Positions 9,879 through 20,349 of a stretch of 64,000 nt of DNA are shown here, piece by piece. The translations under genes were made by a program, and so were the position numbers. The notes beneath the pieces were generated by a model. The model had not been told where the DNA came from. It ran no database searches and worked only from the letters and a program-made list of their open reading frames with translations. The DNA is from an uncultured delta proteobacterium (lineage in GTDB: Bacteria > Myxococcota_A > Polyangia > Polyangiales > Polyangiaceae), in the NCBI GenBank assembly GCA_963850305.1, contig CAWKKR010000001.1, positions 384,001 to 448,000 on the forward strand, written 5' to 3'. Position 1 is the stretch's first letter. Each line of letters begins with the position of its first letter.

Positions 9879-11264
9879 TTACAGGAACCAGCGAACGCCG
9901 AGAAATACCTGATACCGGTCGAATTCGAGCTGATCTGCTGCGGTGTTTTGTACATTCAGCGGAATCAAGCGCGACGTGAGCTCCGCGTCGTAGCGAAACG
10001 TCGCGTTGATGCCCACTGTCGGCCCTGGCCGGTACTCGAAAAAGGCCAGTGCATCCAGGCGATTTTCCGTCTCGTCGCCCGCAACTCGCGGAGTTCCATC
10101 CGGGAAGTACGACGGAGGGCGCGTGATGTGGTTCAGGCCTCCGACCAAGTCCAGGACAAAGTGGTCAGCGAAGAAATAGGCGGCACTGAGATAGCCTCGA
10201 TCTTGCTGAAGGTATTGACCCAGATAGCTCACCGCGAAGGAGCGGCGATACCCGAGAGAGACCGAGGAGAGGCCCACTGGCGCGCCGTGCTCCGGTAACT
10301 TTTCCTGGGGAGTCGGGTACCAGGTCACTTCTGCCTGTCCGATGAAGTTGTCGTAGTTTTCCGGATGCCCAACCTTCGACCCGTAAAACGACTCGCCCCA
10401 CCCACCCAACACGAGCATTCCAAAGTAGTTCGAGACGAGACCGTTGATACCGATCTCGGAACTCAAGCTCTCGCCGTTGTTCAGAGACTCCGACTGCGGC
10501 GTTTCATCGAAATGAAGCCACTTGAGCTCGCCTTGATAAATGAGCGCGGTGCGGGGCAGAAACTTCCAGCTGCCAGACGTTTCCACCGAGTGCTGAAGGT
10601 TGTTCAGGTCCGTGTACTGGCTGTCCTCGAAGAACGTCCCTTGTAGCTTGTAGCCTAAGCGCCATTCGAAGAGCCCACCGCCAGGCCGCCAGACGAGGCC
10701 TGCGCCAGCTCTCACAATGTCCCGGCGCCACGCATTGCCGACATCGGCCTCATTGGAGGCCTCGAGAATCCGATGAAAATCGGCGGAAATGTCTCCACCC
10801 CAAGCTCGACCCGGGAGGATCTCCGCCCCAAGGCCAGCGATTCCCGAGACGTTGTTTTGCTTGGTAGCGTCACTCGAATACTGGCTGCCCGTGGCAAACA
10901 TGAAATTTGCCGTGGCAGCCAGATTACCCTTGAGACGAAGGACCGGTGCGGGTCCGCCGCCCTCGTCAGCTTCCCGCGAACCCGTGGAGACGAACGACAC
11001 GGACGGCGTCAGTCGAAGACGAAACGAAGGAACCACCGGCTCGTTCACCCGCGGCGGCCCTATGACGTTGTCGCCGGACGCCTGGAAGTAGTTCGAGTCG
11101 TAACCACCCTCGGCCGCGACGCCAGGATGGAACTCAAAGTCGCCGGCCTTGACGCCAAGCCCCTCGGTAAGGCGAGGGTCCGACAGAAACGCCTGCGCCC
11201 ATACATTCGTGGAGTGGGCCGTACAGGCTACGGCGAGGGCCGCGACAAGAAAGCGGGGCTTCAT
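9879..11264 (-). CDS. Outer-membrane beta-barrel, probable polysaccharide porin (EpsX/Wzp-like)
   Basis: Signal peptide, GYDSN motif, many aromatic-rich amphipathic strands, C-terminal FLGVRWFL; 5 bp upstream of the OPX gene. Confidence 0.75.
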   Translation of the reverse strand: MKPRFLVAALAVACTAHSTNVWAQAFLSDPRLTEGLGVKAGDFEFHPGVAAEGGYDSNYFQASGDNVIGPPRVNEPVVPSFRLRLTPSVSFVSTGSREADEGGGPAPVLRLKGNLAATANFMFATGSQYSSDATKQNNVSGIAGLGAEILPGRAWGGDISADFHRILEASNEADVGNAWRRDIVRAGAGLVWRPGGGLFEWRLGYKLQGTFFEDSQYTDLNNLQHSVETSGSWKFLPRTALIYQGELKWLHFDETPQSESLNNGESLSSEIGINGLVSNYFGMLVLGGWGESFYGSKVGHPENYDNFIGQAEVTWYPTPQEKLPEHGAPVGLSSVSLGYRRSFAVSYLGQYLQQDRGYLSAAYFFADHFVLDLVGGLNHITRPPSYFPDGTPRVAGDETENRLDALAFFEYRPGPTVGINATFRYDAELTSRLIPLNVQNTAADQLEFDRYQVFLGVRWFL

Positions 11265-11320
11265 AAGTGAGCTGATCCTCTCAGTGCTTCGAGCAAAAAC
11301 GAGACCTGTCGATGCTCAGC

Positions 11321-11923
11321 TCACATCGTTGGGCTGGAGACCACGGGCGTTTGATCGATCACATCCGTGTCGTAACCGAGTTGGTCAGGATCGGTGTCGG
11401 GGATGCCCGGATCGACTTGGACCGTCACCTGGGACTCGCCGATGAACCCGGCCTCCTCGCCGATGCACTGATTCGCCTCCCGAACGAGTTCTTCCGTTCG
11501 ATCTCGCAGCACCTGCAAAATCATGAACTCGTGACGGGCGCGATCCTTGTCTTTCGCTGCGACGGCACCCTGAAGGGTGGTGACTCGATCCTTCGAGGAT
11601 CGAACCGCGACGTCGATCTGATTGACCTTGTCGTTCAGACACAAGGTCTTCACGATGTCCCTCGCCGCGCGTGCTTGCTCGAGCATCGCGCGCACGGTCG
11701 TCGTGTTCGTGTCCATCCTTGCGATGTAGTCGTGGGCCAAGGCGAGCTGCTGTTCCGGGGGCAACTCGAGCTCGCGCGGGGCCGAAATCTCGGCGGTGGC
11801 GCCGTCATTGGCGGCAGCGAGTATTGGAAGGAGATTGCCGGGTACCTGCGCGGCTGCGACGCTGAGGACGCTGAGCGTCGCCGCACCCGCCACGACAGAC
11901 CAAGTGATCCTTTTCAAGCGCAT
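11321..11923 (-). CDS. Secreted helical hypothetical protein with a Cys pair
   Basis: Signal peptide, coiled-coil-like segments, CLNDK...EANQCIG. Confidence 0.75.
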   Translation of the reverse strand: MRLKRITWSVVAGAATLSVLSVAAAQVPGNLLPILAAANDGATAEISAPRELELPPEQQLALAHDYIARMDTNTTTVRAMLEQARAARDIVKTLCLNDKVNQIDVAVRSSKDRVTTLQGAVAAKDKDRARHEFMILQVLRDRTEELVREANQCIGEEAGFIGESQVTVQVDPGIPDTDPDQLGYDTDVIDQTPVVSSPTM

Positions 11924-12063
11924 TGGCAGTGGCCTCCCTCGTAAAAGGCTGGACCAGAAAACAGGCGCGAGTATAGGAGATGCTCCTCCAAGCTGTCAAC
12001 GCAGTGCGACGCCCGAAAAGTCCTTTGGTTTCTCACGCCTAGCACCTCTGGCACAGGAAAGCG

Positions 12064-12103
12064 GAAAAGAACCTGCGCACCGGTGCCGTCCGGTGCGAGC
12101 AGG
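12064..12103 (-). terminator. Probable intrinsic terminator downstream of the gltG-like gene
   Basis: Stem CGCACCGG/CCGGTGCG with outer CCTG/CAGG pairing, followed on the minus strand by TTCTTTT; ~50 nt after the stop at 12152. Confidence 0.55.
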
Positions 12104-12151
12104 GCATCTCACATTCACGGCCCGCCCTCAGCTCTTTCGAACAGCGTGAAC

Positions 12152-13543
12152 TTACTGCTTGACGAATGATACGGGGACCTGAATCACGGCCATGCCCCCC
12201 TGCGGAGGATCGAACTGAGCGGCCTGTGCGCGCGCCTTGACGCAGCCAACCACCGAGGCCGGTAAGTTCCCGCTCGGGGAAGCACCCACCCCCTGAACCT
12301 CCCCCCCTGGCCCAACGCGAATCGACAGCCCGATCCGTCCCTCGATGTCCGGGTTCTGAGCCAGGCCGCGGTTGTAACAGTTACGGAAACCAGCGCGCAT
12401 CCCCGCAACCACCCTGGCCGCATTGCTGACCGAGCCGCCGCTCACATTTGCCGCGCCAGTGGATGCATTGCCGTGGGGACCCTGAACGGCCTGCGTCTTT
12501 CCGAGGCCGCCACCACCGCCTGGTCCAGTCGAGCCGATCGATCCCAGACCACCGCCAGCGGCGCCAGGGCGGATTGCACCGCCGCCGCCCACACTTAGAC
12601 CGCCGACGCCCACGCCCGCACTGCTTGCTGCAGCTCTGTCGAGAGCTCCGGTGGGAACCTCCCCCTTCGTCAAGACGCCCTCGGTGGCTGCGCCCGCTCC
12701 GAGGGCCCCAAGGGTCGCCATCTCCATCTGGTCGAGCTGATTGCTCAGCGCCGCAGCCTTTGCCTCACTCATCGCGCCCGCTTTGCCCGGAGCAGCATTC
12801 GACTTCGCCGCGGCTTTTGGCGCCTCAGTCGGCGCCTTGGTCTCTTGTGCCGTGTTGTCTGGCTTGTCCTCGGGCACTTCGACCGGAGGAGGAGGAGGCA
12901 TGCTCCTCAACGCGTCCAGCAGATTGCTCACGTTCGCGTCGTAATCCACCACCGGATCGAGCCACTCCGAATAGATCGAGCCGATCGCGGAGAAGTGAAT
13001 GAGGAACGAGAACGCGGCGATCATCGTGGTCGCCCAGTCGATCGACGTCGCACCGCGCATGACCGAAACGGGCAGCTGCGGCTTCGGCTGCACCGGCGGC
13101 GGCGCGACGAACTGAAACAGGAATGTCGTCTCTCCGAGGACAACCTTCCCCCGGGAGTCTTCCGTGAGGCGAATCTGATACGCCCCCTGCTGGTTTCGAC
13201 GCGCCTGCCCTTTGAGCATTCCGAGATCCGAAATGCCGGTGGGCAGCGCCACGCGACCCGTCATTCCCTCGAGAAAATTAAGGCAGTAATCGCTGCCCAC
13301 CAGCTCGAAGAGGCGAAATGTCGCCGGCAGCTCCGTCGTCGCGACGACGAACATGTTTTTTTCGTTCGGACCCACCGTCACGTGCGTGCGCTGTTTGATA
13401 ATGCGCTCTTCGATGACACGCCCTGCCTGTACCAACCCAATCCGAAGAACCTTTGGACCCGTCGCGGCAACCGCCCGCATGACGGCCGTCATCTGACCGG
13501 GACGACCTCCCTGGGCTGGGTTGGGGTGGCTCTGCTGTGTCAT
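12152..13543 (-). CDS. GltG/PglI-like protein (N-terminal FHA-like domain, TM helix, Gly-rich linker, AgmX/PglI TonB-C-like domain)
   Basis: One TM helix with a TonB-like SxxxH (FSFLIHF), Pro/Gly-rich linker, C-terminal FRNCYNRGL...EGRI...GCV...F..P..G...VPVSF. Confidence 0.8.
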   Translation of the reverse strand: MTQQSHPNPAQGGRPGQMTAVMRAVAATGPKVLRIGLVQAGRVIEERIIKQRTHVTVGPNEKNMFVVATTELPATFRLFELVGSDYCLNFLEGMTGRVALPTGISDLGMLKGQARRNQQGAYQIRLTEDSRGKVVLGETTFLFQFVAPPPVQPKPQLPVSVMRGATSIDWATTMIAAFSFLIHFSAIGSIYSEWLDPVVDYDANVSNLLDALRSMPPPPPVEVPEDKPDNTAQETKAPTEAPKAAAKSNAAPGKAGAMSEAKAAALSNQLDQMEMATLGALGAGAATEGVLTKGEVPTGALDRAAASSAGVGVGGLSVGGGGAIRPGAAGGGLGSIGSTGPGGGGGLGKTQAVQGPHGNASTGAANVSGGSVSNAARVVAGMRAGFRNCYNRGLAQNPDIEGRIGLSIRVGPGGEVQGVGASPSGNLPASVVGCVKARAQAAQFDPPQGGMAVIQVPVSFVKQ

Positions 13544-13675
13544 CGAAGGATCCTTCCGAGCAATCGCGAGGGCGCCGTGGTTTGCCGCTTCCGCTCACCT
13601 ACACTAGCGTAACCCAAGCAAAGCCCTCGGGTCCATCAGAAGAGCGGCGCCATCGCGGAAGGTGCAACCCCTGCG

Positions 13676-14245
13676 TCATGACGTCTCGGACCCCGGATTC
13701 AATGGATCCTTTGCGACATTCGGCTCGAGGCGTTTCCCCAGGGACGCGCCTACCCGATCCCACCTCGTCTTGGCGTCCGCGACGCGCCGGGCGCGGAGAC
13801 GACCCAGCTCGAAACAGGCGACAGCTGCGAGACATCCGATGATGAACGAGGCCCCGGCAGCCGACCACCCCGCCGACGGATGAGCAACATGATCCGCGAG
13901 CTCCAACACCGCCCCGAGGGTCCCCGAGAACAGGGACGCGCGGAACGCGGCCCTTGCGACGCCATCGCCTTCCGACAGAGAGCGCGCGCGGTCGCCCAAG
14001 AGTTCGTTGACGGCGACCGCCCCTGCCGCCGGTGATCCCGGGGAAACGATCGTCTCGACGGATGTTTGGTCAGCATCCGGAAAAATGTCGTGAAGAGCCT
14101 GGGCGACGATCGCCCCATTTTTCGACAAGAGCAGGGCCGCTTGCTCGTCCTTCGGCGGCGCGGAGCGCGTCACCAGACGAACCTGGTGCAGGGCCGCTCC
14201 GGCTCCGCCCAGACCCACCGACGCCGCGATGAGGACCCCGAACAC
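13676..14245 (-). CDS. Three-TM membrane protein, possibly a divergent MotA/TolQ/ExbB relative
   Basis: N-terminal TM, ~80 aa soluble segment, TM hairpin (SLFSGTLGAV / ASFIIGCLAAVACF), basic tail. Confidence 0.5.
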   Translation of the reverse strand: MFGVLIAASVGLGGAGAALHQVRLVTRSAPPKDEQAALLLSKNGAIVAQALHDIFPDADQTSVETIVSPGSPAAGAVAVNELLGDRARSLSEGDGVARAAFRASLFSGTLGAVLELADHVAHPSAGWSAAGASFIIGCLAAVACFELGRLRARRVADAKTRWDRVGASLGKRLEPNVAKDPLNPGSETS

Positions 14246-14249
14246 GGCA

Positions 14250-14507
14250 TCAAAATGGATCGCGTGATATGGCCTTCTCGATCCGCTGGAGAAACGGCTG
14301 GCGCAGCTCGGCGAGAGTCAACTTTGGTTGGATACGGCTCACGTCCACCGCTGCAATCGGCTTCTGCACTCGACCCACGATGGTGACGTCGCTGATCGTA
14401 ATCACACGTCCCTTTGCGCTGTCGGCGCGTGCGGACACGGCGGCTGCGACTGCACCGACGCTGACAGCGATACATGCGAGATATCGGATCATGCGAACCT
14501 CCATCAT
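14250..14507 (-). CDS. GltF/CglF-like small exported protein
   Basis: Signal peptide, then ITISDVTIVGRVQKP...LRQPFLQRI; size and position between gltE-like and gltG-like genes. Confidence 0.7.
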   Translation of the reverse strand: MMEVRMIRYLACIAVSVGAVAAAVSARADSAKGRVITISDVTIVGRVQKPIAAVDVSRIQPKLTLAELRQPFLQRIEKAISRDPF

Positions 14508-16036
14508 TTGCTCGGAAAGGATGCCTTTGAGCCGGGACCGGACGCTGCGGCGGGGGCCGGTGCCGAGGGCGCCGCGGCAGGGGCCGTGGCCGGGGGAGCG
14601 GAGGTGCCGCTGTTACCGGTGAGCGGAGGCGGTGCAGCGGCACTGGTGGGGGCCCCAGCAGGCGCTTGAGTGGGGGCCGCAGCAGGGGGGGGGGTTGCCG
14701 CGGGAGCGGGCGGCGGCGCGCTCGCCTCCGCTTGCAGGATGGCTTTCTTGTTCTTGGCGCGACTCAACAGCTCATCGACGTCATCGCCCGCGCCGGCCTT
14801 CGTCCTGGGGCGCATGGACTTGAACGTCTCGAGCTCCGCGATGGCCTTGTCGACGGCCTGCGCCGGCGTTGTGTTCGGGATCCCGCTCGAGAACAGGTAC
14901 AGCAGGCCCAGGTTGTAATGTACCTCCGCGACCGTCGGATCCTTATTGACGACCCACTCCAGATGCTTCAGTGCGTCCGCCGGTCGCCCTTCGAGACGAT
15001 AAGCGTCGCCGAGATCCAGATGGATCAATGTGTTCGACGCATCGTAACCGAGCGCGTTTTCCAGGAGGGGCACGGCGTCCGTCGCGTTGCCTGCCTCCAG
15101 CATGTACGTGGCGAGGTCGACCTTGGCCTCGATGAGATCCGGTCTCAACTCGACAGCACGCTTGAAGTCCGCGAACGCGTCCCGGCGACGGCCTTGTTCC
15201 TTGTAGATGAGGGCTCGCAGCAGCAGAGCCTCAGCGTTGTCCTTGTCTCGCGGTGGGTTTTCTGGCCCATATCCGTCGAGGATTGCCGTAAGCGTATAGA
15301 GGGCAAGGTCGAGCCTGCGGTTGCGATAGTGATCACGTGCCAGCGTGACCATCGCCGGTCGGCAGTCGGGGTTCTTCTTCAGCGCTTCCTGCGCTAGCTG
15401 CTGAGCGTCGGCCGAGTCCTTCTCGATCGACTTCACCTCGGCGAGCGCCGCAAGCACTGTCGCGCTATCCGGGAGCATGGCGCGTTCCCGATTCAGAAAA
15501 TCTTCTGCCTCGCTCGTGTCCCCGGTCTTCGCGAGCAAGAGCGCATATGCCGAGATAGCCGGCTCGTAGCCTTTCACGACGCCATAGGCCGCGCGATACG
15601 CCGAGAGTGCCGCCGACTTCGACCCCAGCCGCTCCTGAACGACGCCCTCCGAGTAGTCCGCTTGATACGCGTTCGGGTCGGCTTCGGAGGCGCGCGAGAA
15701 TTGTGCCTTGGCGCCCTGAAGATCACCGGCCTGGAATGCCTGGACCCCCGCTTGGTACGCCTGGGTGCCAGCAGCATTCATCACCGGACCTTTCGGGGTC
15801 GACGGAGCCTCCACGGGCTGAACCGAGGCCGGCGCCGCCTGTTCGACGTTACTCGTGGTGGCGGCGGGAGCAGCCGAAGTTGCTTCGTTTGGGGCCGCTT
15901 GGGGCGCAGGAGAAGCGGGCGTTTGCGGTTCCGTTTGCGCTCCGCCCCCGCACGCCACGGCGAGCAAGGCGACCAGACTCCCGAACGCGTGCACCCGCAT
16001 GGCGACTAAGTGCTTCGACATGGCCTTCCTCGTCAT
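14504..16036 (-). CDS. GltE/AglT-like TPR lipoprotein
   Basis: Lipobox LAVAC, multiple TPR repeats (VHYNLGLLY), Pro/Ala-rich termini; ATGA overlaps at both ends. Confidence 0.8.
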   Translation of the reverse strand: MTRKAMSKHLVAMRVHAFGSLVALLAVACGGGAQTEPQTPASPAPQAAPNEATSAAPAATTSNVEQAAPASVQPVEAPSTPKGPVMNAAGTQAYQAGVQAFQAGDLQGAKAQFSRASEADPNAYQADYSEGVVQERLGSKSAALSAYRAAYGVVKGYEPAISAYALLLAKTGDTSEAEDFLNRERAMLPDSATVLAALAEVKSIEKDSADAQQLAQEALKKNPDCRPAMVTLARDHYRNRRLDLALYTLTAILDGYGPENPPRDKDNAEALLLRALIYKEQGRRRDAFADFKRAVELRPDLIEAKVDLATYMLEAGNATDAVPLLENALGYDASNTLIHLDLGDAYRLEGRPADALKHLEWVVNKDPTVAEVHYNLGLLYLFSSGIPNTTPAQAVDKAIAELETFKSMRPRTKAGAGDDVDELLSRAKNKKAILQAEASAPPPAPAATPPPAAAPTQAPAGAPTSAAAPPPLTGNSGTSAPPATAPAAAPSAPAPAAASGPGSKASFPSK

Positions 16037-19000
16037 TGCAGCGACGCCGGTAGCGGCGAGGCCATCCCGCTCGGCTCTGGCGAGGAGTCGAGCCCCGGTC
16101 GAATCCGAAGGAACATCCCCTCGGTGTAGTTGAGATCCTTCACATGTGCGGCGTACGCTGGCATCTTCGCCTCGCCGATCACGTCCGTAAAGAACGCCAG
16201 ACGCTGGATCGCGTGGATGATTGCGGGATTCGAGACGTTGTACCTACGCGCGAGCATCACGGCATTCCCGTAGCGATCGACCATGATCGCGTCGGCGCTG
16301 TTCAGCTCCTGCTCGCGCTTGTCACGCCACTTGTTGGTCACGGCGGTTCGCGCAGCGTCCGCCTTGTCCTGGAGGTCGGTGTTGTCGCTGTTCTCCGCCA
16401 TTTTGAGGAGTTTTTCCGTCTTGGCGTCGAACATGACCAGTGCTGGCGGGCGCGTCTCGTAGAGGCCGGTCCGGAGCGAATCGTAGAGTGAGCCCTGGCG
16501 CGCGATGGCTGCCGCCGCAAACTCCGGAGCCGCGTAATAATCGACGATCTTCTGTAGCTTATCATAGTACTTCTTGGCGTCGATTGCGTCGGCCTGATAA
16601 CTCTTGATGACATCCACCGGGGTGCCCTTGTACCGGTGGTGGCCGGTGTCGTAGTCGAACGAGTTTCGGATCTCGTCGTCGAGAAGGGTGAAGGCCCCTT
16701 CCGCGGCCATCGAAGCTTCCGGTGAGCCTACGGCAGAATCCGATCCGTCCTTCGCCTTCGGAGCAACGGCGCGATACCGATCGAATGCCTTGATCGTGTC
16801 CTGCCATGCCTCGTTTACGCCCGGTGATTTCCCGGCGCGCTTCGACTTCGCGATATTGTAGGCGGCTCGCACGACGTACTCCGCCGCAGCGTCGTTGTTC
16901 TTGTTCTGATCGTAATACGTCTTCATCGACGTCTCCGCGTGGTGACGCGCGGCCTCGTTCGCCCCGGTGTCGGGAGAGAACTCGTCCCACTTCTTCATGT
17001 CCGCGCTCGCGAAGATGAAATCCGCCTCGGCGCGTTCCTTTGGCGATGCTCCGAGCATGAAGAACCGATCCCGCGCTCGCGACAAGCCGGTCGCGTCCCC
17101 GAGACTCGCGTAGAGGCTGAGCGCCTGCTTCGCGGCCGCCCGCTGGTCGTCCTCGGGGAAATGCGTGTTCCGACTTATGGCGTCGAAAGTCTCTGCAGCC
17201 TTCGGGTAGTTGAAGAACAGGACGCGCGCGTTGGCGAGCGCGTCGTACGCCATCTTCAGATACTTGACGCGATCCTCGTACTTCTTCTCGTCCTGAGCCA
17301 CTGGCGGGGTGGCCTTGGGATCGCCGTGTTGTAGCGCCGAGAGCTTCTGCTCATTGCCGTACCGCGCGATGAAGAGCTCGTACATCGCGATCGCCTTGTC
17401 GTATTCGCCCACCTGCTTGTATGCGAACGCGCCATTCATAGCCGCCTCCGGGGCCTCGTCGCGATCCGGCGCCGCATCGAGCGCGGTCTTGTATGCAGCC
17501 GCAGCCTCGCGCCACTTCTTGTCGCGCTCCGGCCCCGGCGACATCTTCTCCGCCTCGTCATAGAGCTTGCGTGCGTCCAGGTACGCGACGCCTTGCTGTA
17601 CGGGCTTGCGGATCGCCTCTTCCGCCGCCCTCGAGTCCTCATTGTACGCGCAGCTCTTCGCCTCGGCGAGCTTTCGGCTCGTCGCAGCGTCCCCCGCGAA
17701 GTTGCTCATGCTGATGAGCTTCTCCCACGCCTTGTAGCCCCACTCGTTCTGGCCACAATACTCTTCGTAGATCGGTTCATAGCGAGCCTTCGCTTCATCG
17801 AAATGGCCGTAGACGAAGTAGTAGTCTGCTGCCTGGAAGGCGTAGAGAAGGCCGTTCTTCTCTGGGTCTCGATCGAGTGGGATTCGAGCGTTGTAATCAT
17901 CCCGAGCAGCGATCGCGTCGAGAACCTCCTGTGGAATCGGATCCGTCACAACCTTCCGCGAGTCACCCTCGCCGGCGAACTTCACCGCGTCGCGCTTCTC
18001 GAACCCCTGGGTGCCACCAGACGCCTGATATTGGCGGTACTTGTCTTCGAGTATCTTCTCCGAAATGCTCACCAGGTCGTACGCGGCCGGCTGCAGATAC
18101 TTGTCGTCCTCGTTCGAATCACGAACGTCGACCAGCGAGCACCTGGCGCTCTGAATCTCGGCCGGCGTCGGCGTTCTCCCGACGGCGATCTGCAACACGA
18201 CGATCCAGTAGCGAGCGTCGGCGAGCCAAAACCGACTCTCATAGGCGTCGAGCGCAGTTGGATCCTGCTCGATGTAGGCGTTCCAACCAGTCTCTGCGAG
18301 ACGGTACTCTGCAATCGCCTTCTCAATCAGTGGCCGCTGCTCATTCTCGTCGGTGAGTTGCTTTGCCTGCTGGAAGAAGTTGCGCGCGTAGTTCGTGTGA
18401 TCTGCGGCCGCGCGCTGCAGCCCATTCTTGACGAGCTCCTCGGCCGCCGAGAGCGCCTCGGGATCGTCCCGATTCGCGTCGGTCCACGGCGTCGTGCCCA
18501 CATACTCCGCCAGCTTGGTCCGCGCCTCGAGCGCTTTGCCGCCGTACTCGGTTTTGACCGTCGAGCCCGCCGGCGCGAGGCGCGCAAGCTGGTCATAAAG
18601 CTCGGCGACCTTGTTTTGCATCTTCGGCGCATCGCGATTCATCGGGAACTTTGACAGCGTGAGCTCCAGCACCGCGATCGCGTTTCGGTTTTGCGTGATC
18701 TCGATGAACTCTTCCGCCAGCGCCTTGTAGATCTCCACCGTCCACTTCTTGTCTTGCGGGATGAGGGTGGGATCCTGGACGCGATCGATCGCGATATGCA
18801 TCTTGTCTTCCGCGACGAGCGGATTCGTCTCGACGTCCAAGACATCGTTGCGAGGGATGTTGGGGAGATCCGCCGGCGGCCCGTCGAAGTCGACGTACGT
18901 CAAAGAGCCGGCAATGTACGTGTACGCTTCCTGGCGAAAATCGGCACCGGGATCTCCCGTCTTCGCTTCCTGCTCATCGGCGTAGTGAAGCAAGCTGACG

Positions 19001-20349
19001 AAACCGTTGACCGCCGAGCGATACCGCTGCTGCTTGAAGAACGTCCAAGCGCGCTTGTACATGGCGACGCCATAGAGCGGTGGCTTCTCGTACTTCATCG
19101 AGTGATCGTAAGCGCTCATCGCTCGATTCAGCTCGTAGGGGCCGCCCGACACGTCGATTTGGTCGAAGTGGTAATTTCCGATCTGCCACCAGACCTCGGC
19201 GACGTATTTCGGTTCAGCGCCGGGCTCGATGTGCTGCGGAACCGCTTCGCAGGTGTCCGGGTACGGGTTCTTGTAAGTCAGCTCGTCGTCGTCCTTTTTG
19301 AAGGTCGTACCGACTCGCTTCGAGACTGCCCTCCCGTGCCGGCGCGCCGAAGCGCCCCCGACCTGGTCGAGAGGGACGGGATGGCGGTTGTACCAGTCGT
19401 TCCAGAACTTATCGTCGTGATTCTGCGGAAGCGGCTGGAGAAGGATCTTGTCCGAATCCGTCGGGTCGTCCTTAACCTGATATTGATTAATGCAGACGAG
19501 CGCGCGCCAAGCCTGCTGGCCTTCCGCCAGGCGAGAGGAGTCCGTGTACGCGTGACCGAGGAAGTAGTAGACGCCCGCAATCTCCTCGTAGTTCGGATAC
19601 TCGCGGATGATGCGCCGATAGAGGTCGATCGCCGGTCGTAGCGTCTTCGAGAGATCTCCCTCGAAGTCCGAGCGAGCGCGCTCCTCGTAGAGCGCAGCCA
19701 GCCGGTACATCGCGTCGGGCGTCGCCTCCGCGTTGGCATTCGCACCGCTGTACGTCGCCACGAACTTCTCGAGCCGCCGAATCGCTTCGTCACGAGCGTC
19801 CGACAGCGCCTTCTGCTCCACGGTGATCTCGCGGTCGAGGCTGCCCAGCACGCGACGTCGCTTCTCGTCGTAGTGATGCCGCACGATCATCGTGAGCGTG
19901 TCGCGATAATCCTTTGCGTCGGACTCGTACGCGGTGAACTCCTTGTTGATCGCGTCGTACGCCTGGAGTTGCGCGGGCGTCGGAGGTGGCAGGGCGGCGA
20001 CGGTCTTGCGCGGCGTGACGTGTCCGAGGGAGGGCGCGGAGATCGATGGCGCAGCCCCGCACGCCATGGTCACGTTCGACGTCGCGCCTTGACTCGTCCC
20101 GGACGCCGGGGGCAACGAGCCGCTGGACGCGGTCGCCACCGTCATCGAACTCGCGGGCGCAGACGATGCACCCCCGGCGGTCGGCGCGGGCGCAGACTGC
20201 GCCGCACTGGCCGCTGGAGCAGGGCCAGACGGAGCCCCACTGGCCGCCTGAGCGGGAGCGGTCGTGGCTTGCGCCCAGACGCCGGTAGTCGAACTCGCCA
20301 AAGCGAGTACGAGCAGCGAAGCAACAGGTCGTTTGAAACGCGAGATCAC
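16033..20349 (-). CDS. GltD/AgmU-like giant periplasmic TPR protein (1438 aa)
   Basis: Signal peptide, TPDAMYRLAALY, YYFLGHAY, AMYKRAWTFF, DFRQEAYTY repeats. Confidence 0.8.
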   Translation of the reverse strand: MISRFKRPVASLLVLALASSTTGVWAQATTAPAQAASGAPSGPAPAASAAQSAPAPTAGGASSAPASSMTVATASSGSLPPASGTSQGATSNVTMACGAAPSISAPSLGHVTPRKTVAALPPPTPAQLQAYDAINKEFTAYESDAKDYRDTLTMIVRHHYDEKRRRVLGSLDREITVEQKALSDARDEAIRRLEKFVATYSGANANAEATPDAMYRLAALYEERARSDFEGDLSKTLRPAIDLYRRIIREYPNYEEIAGVYYFLGHAYTDSSRLAEGQQAWRALVCINQYQVKDDPTDSDKILLQPLPQNHDDKFWNDWYNRHPVPLDQVGGASARRHGRAVSKRVGTTFKKDDDELTYKNPYPDTCEAVPQHIEPGAEPKYVAEVWWQIGNYHFDQIDVSGGPYELNRAMSAYDHSMKYEKPPLYGVAMYKRAWTFFKQQRYRSAVNGFVSLLHYADEQEAKTGDPGADFRQEAYTYIAGSLTYVDFDGPPADLPNIPRNDVLDVETNPLVAEDKMHIAIDRVQDPTLIPQDKKWTVEIYKALAEEFIEITQNRNAIAVLELTLSKFPMNRDAPKMQNKVAELYDQLARLAPAGSTVKTEYGGKALEARTKLAEYVGTTPWTDANRDDPEALSAAEELVKNGLQRAAADHTNYARNFFQQAKQLTDENEQRPLIEKAIAEYRLAETGWNAYIEQDPTALDAYESRFWLADARYWIVVLQIAVGRTPTPAEIQSARCSLVDVRDSNEDDKYLQPAAYDLVSISEKILEDKYRQYQASGGTQGFEKRDAVKFAGEGDSRKVVTDPIPQEVLDAIAARDDYNARIPLDRDPEKNGLLYAFQAADYYFVYGHFDEAKARYEPIYEEYCGQNEWGYKAWEKLISMSNFAGDAATSRKLAEAKSCAYNEDSRAAEEAIRKPVQQGVAYLDARKLYDEAEKMSPGPERDKKWREAAAAYKTALDAAPDRDEAPEAAMNGAFAYKQVGEYDKAIAMYELFIARYGNEQKLSALQHGDPKATPPVAQDEKKYEDRVKYLKMAYDALANARVLFFNYPKAAETFDAISRNTHFPEDDQRAAAKQALSLYASLGDATGLSRARDRFFMLGASPKERAEADFIFASADMKKWDEFSPDTGANEAARHHAETSMKTYYDQNKNNDAAAEYVVRAAYNIAKSKRAGKSPGVNEAWQDTIKAFDRYRAVAPKAKDGSDSAVGSPEASMAAEGAFTLLDDEIRNSFDYDTGHHRYKGTPVDVIKSYQADAIDAKKYYDKLQKIVDYYAAPEFAAAAIARQGSLYDSLRTGLYETRPPALVMFDAKTEKLLKMAENSDNTDLQDKADAARTAVTNKWRDKREQELNSADAIMVDRYGNAVMLARRYNVSNPAIIHAIQRLAFFTDVIGEAKMPAYAAHVKDLNYTEGMFLRIRPGLDSSPEPSGMASPLPASLQ

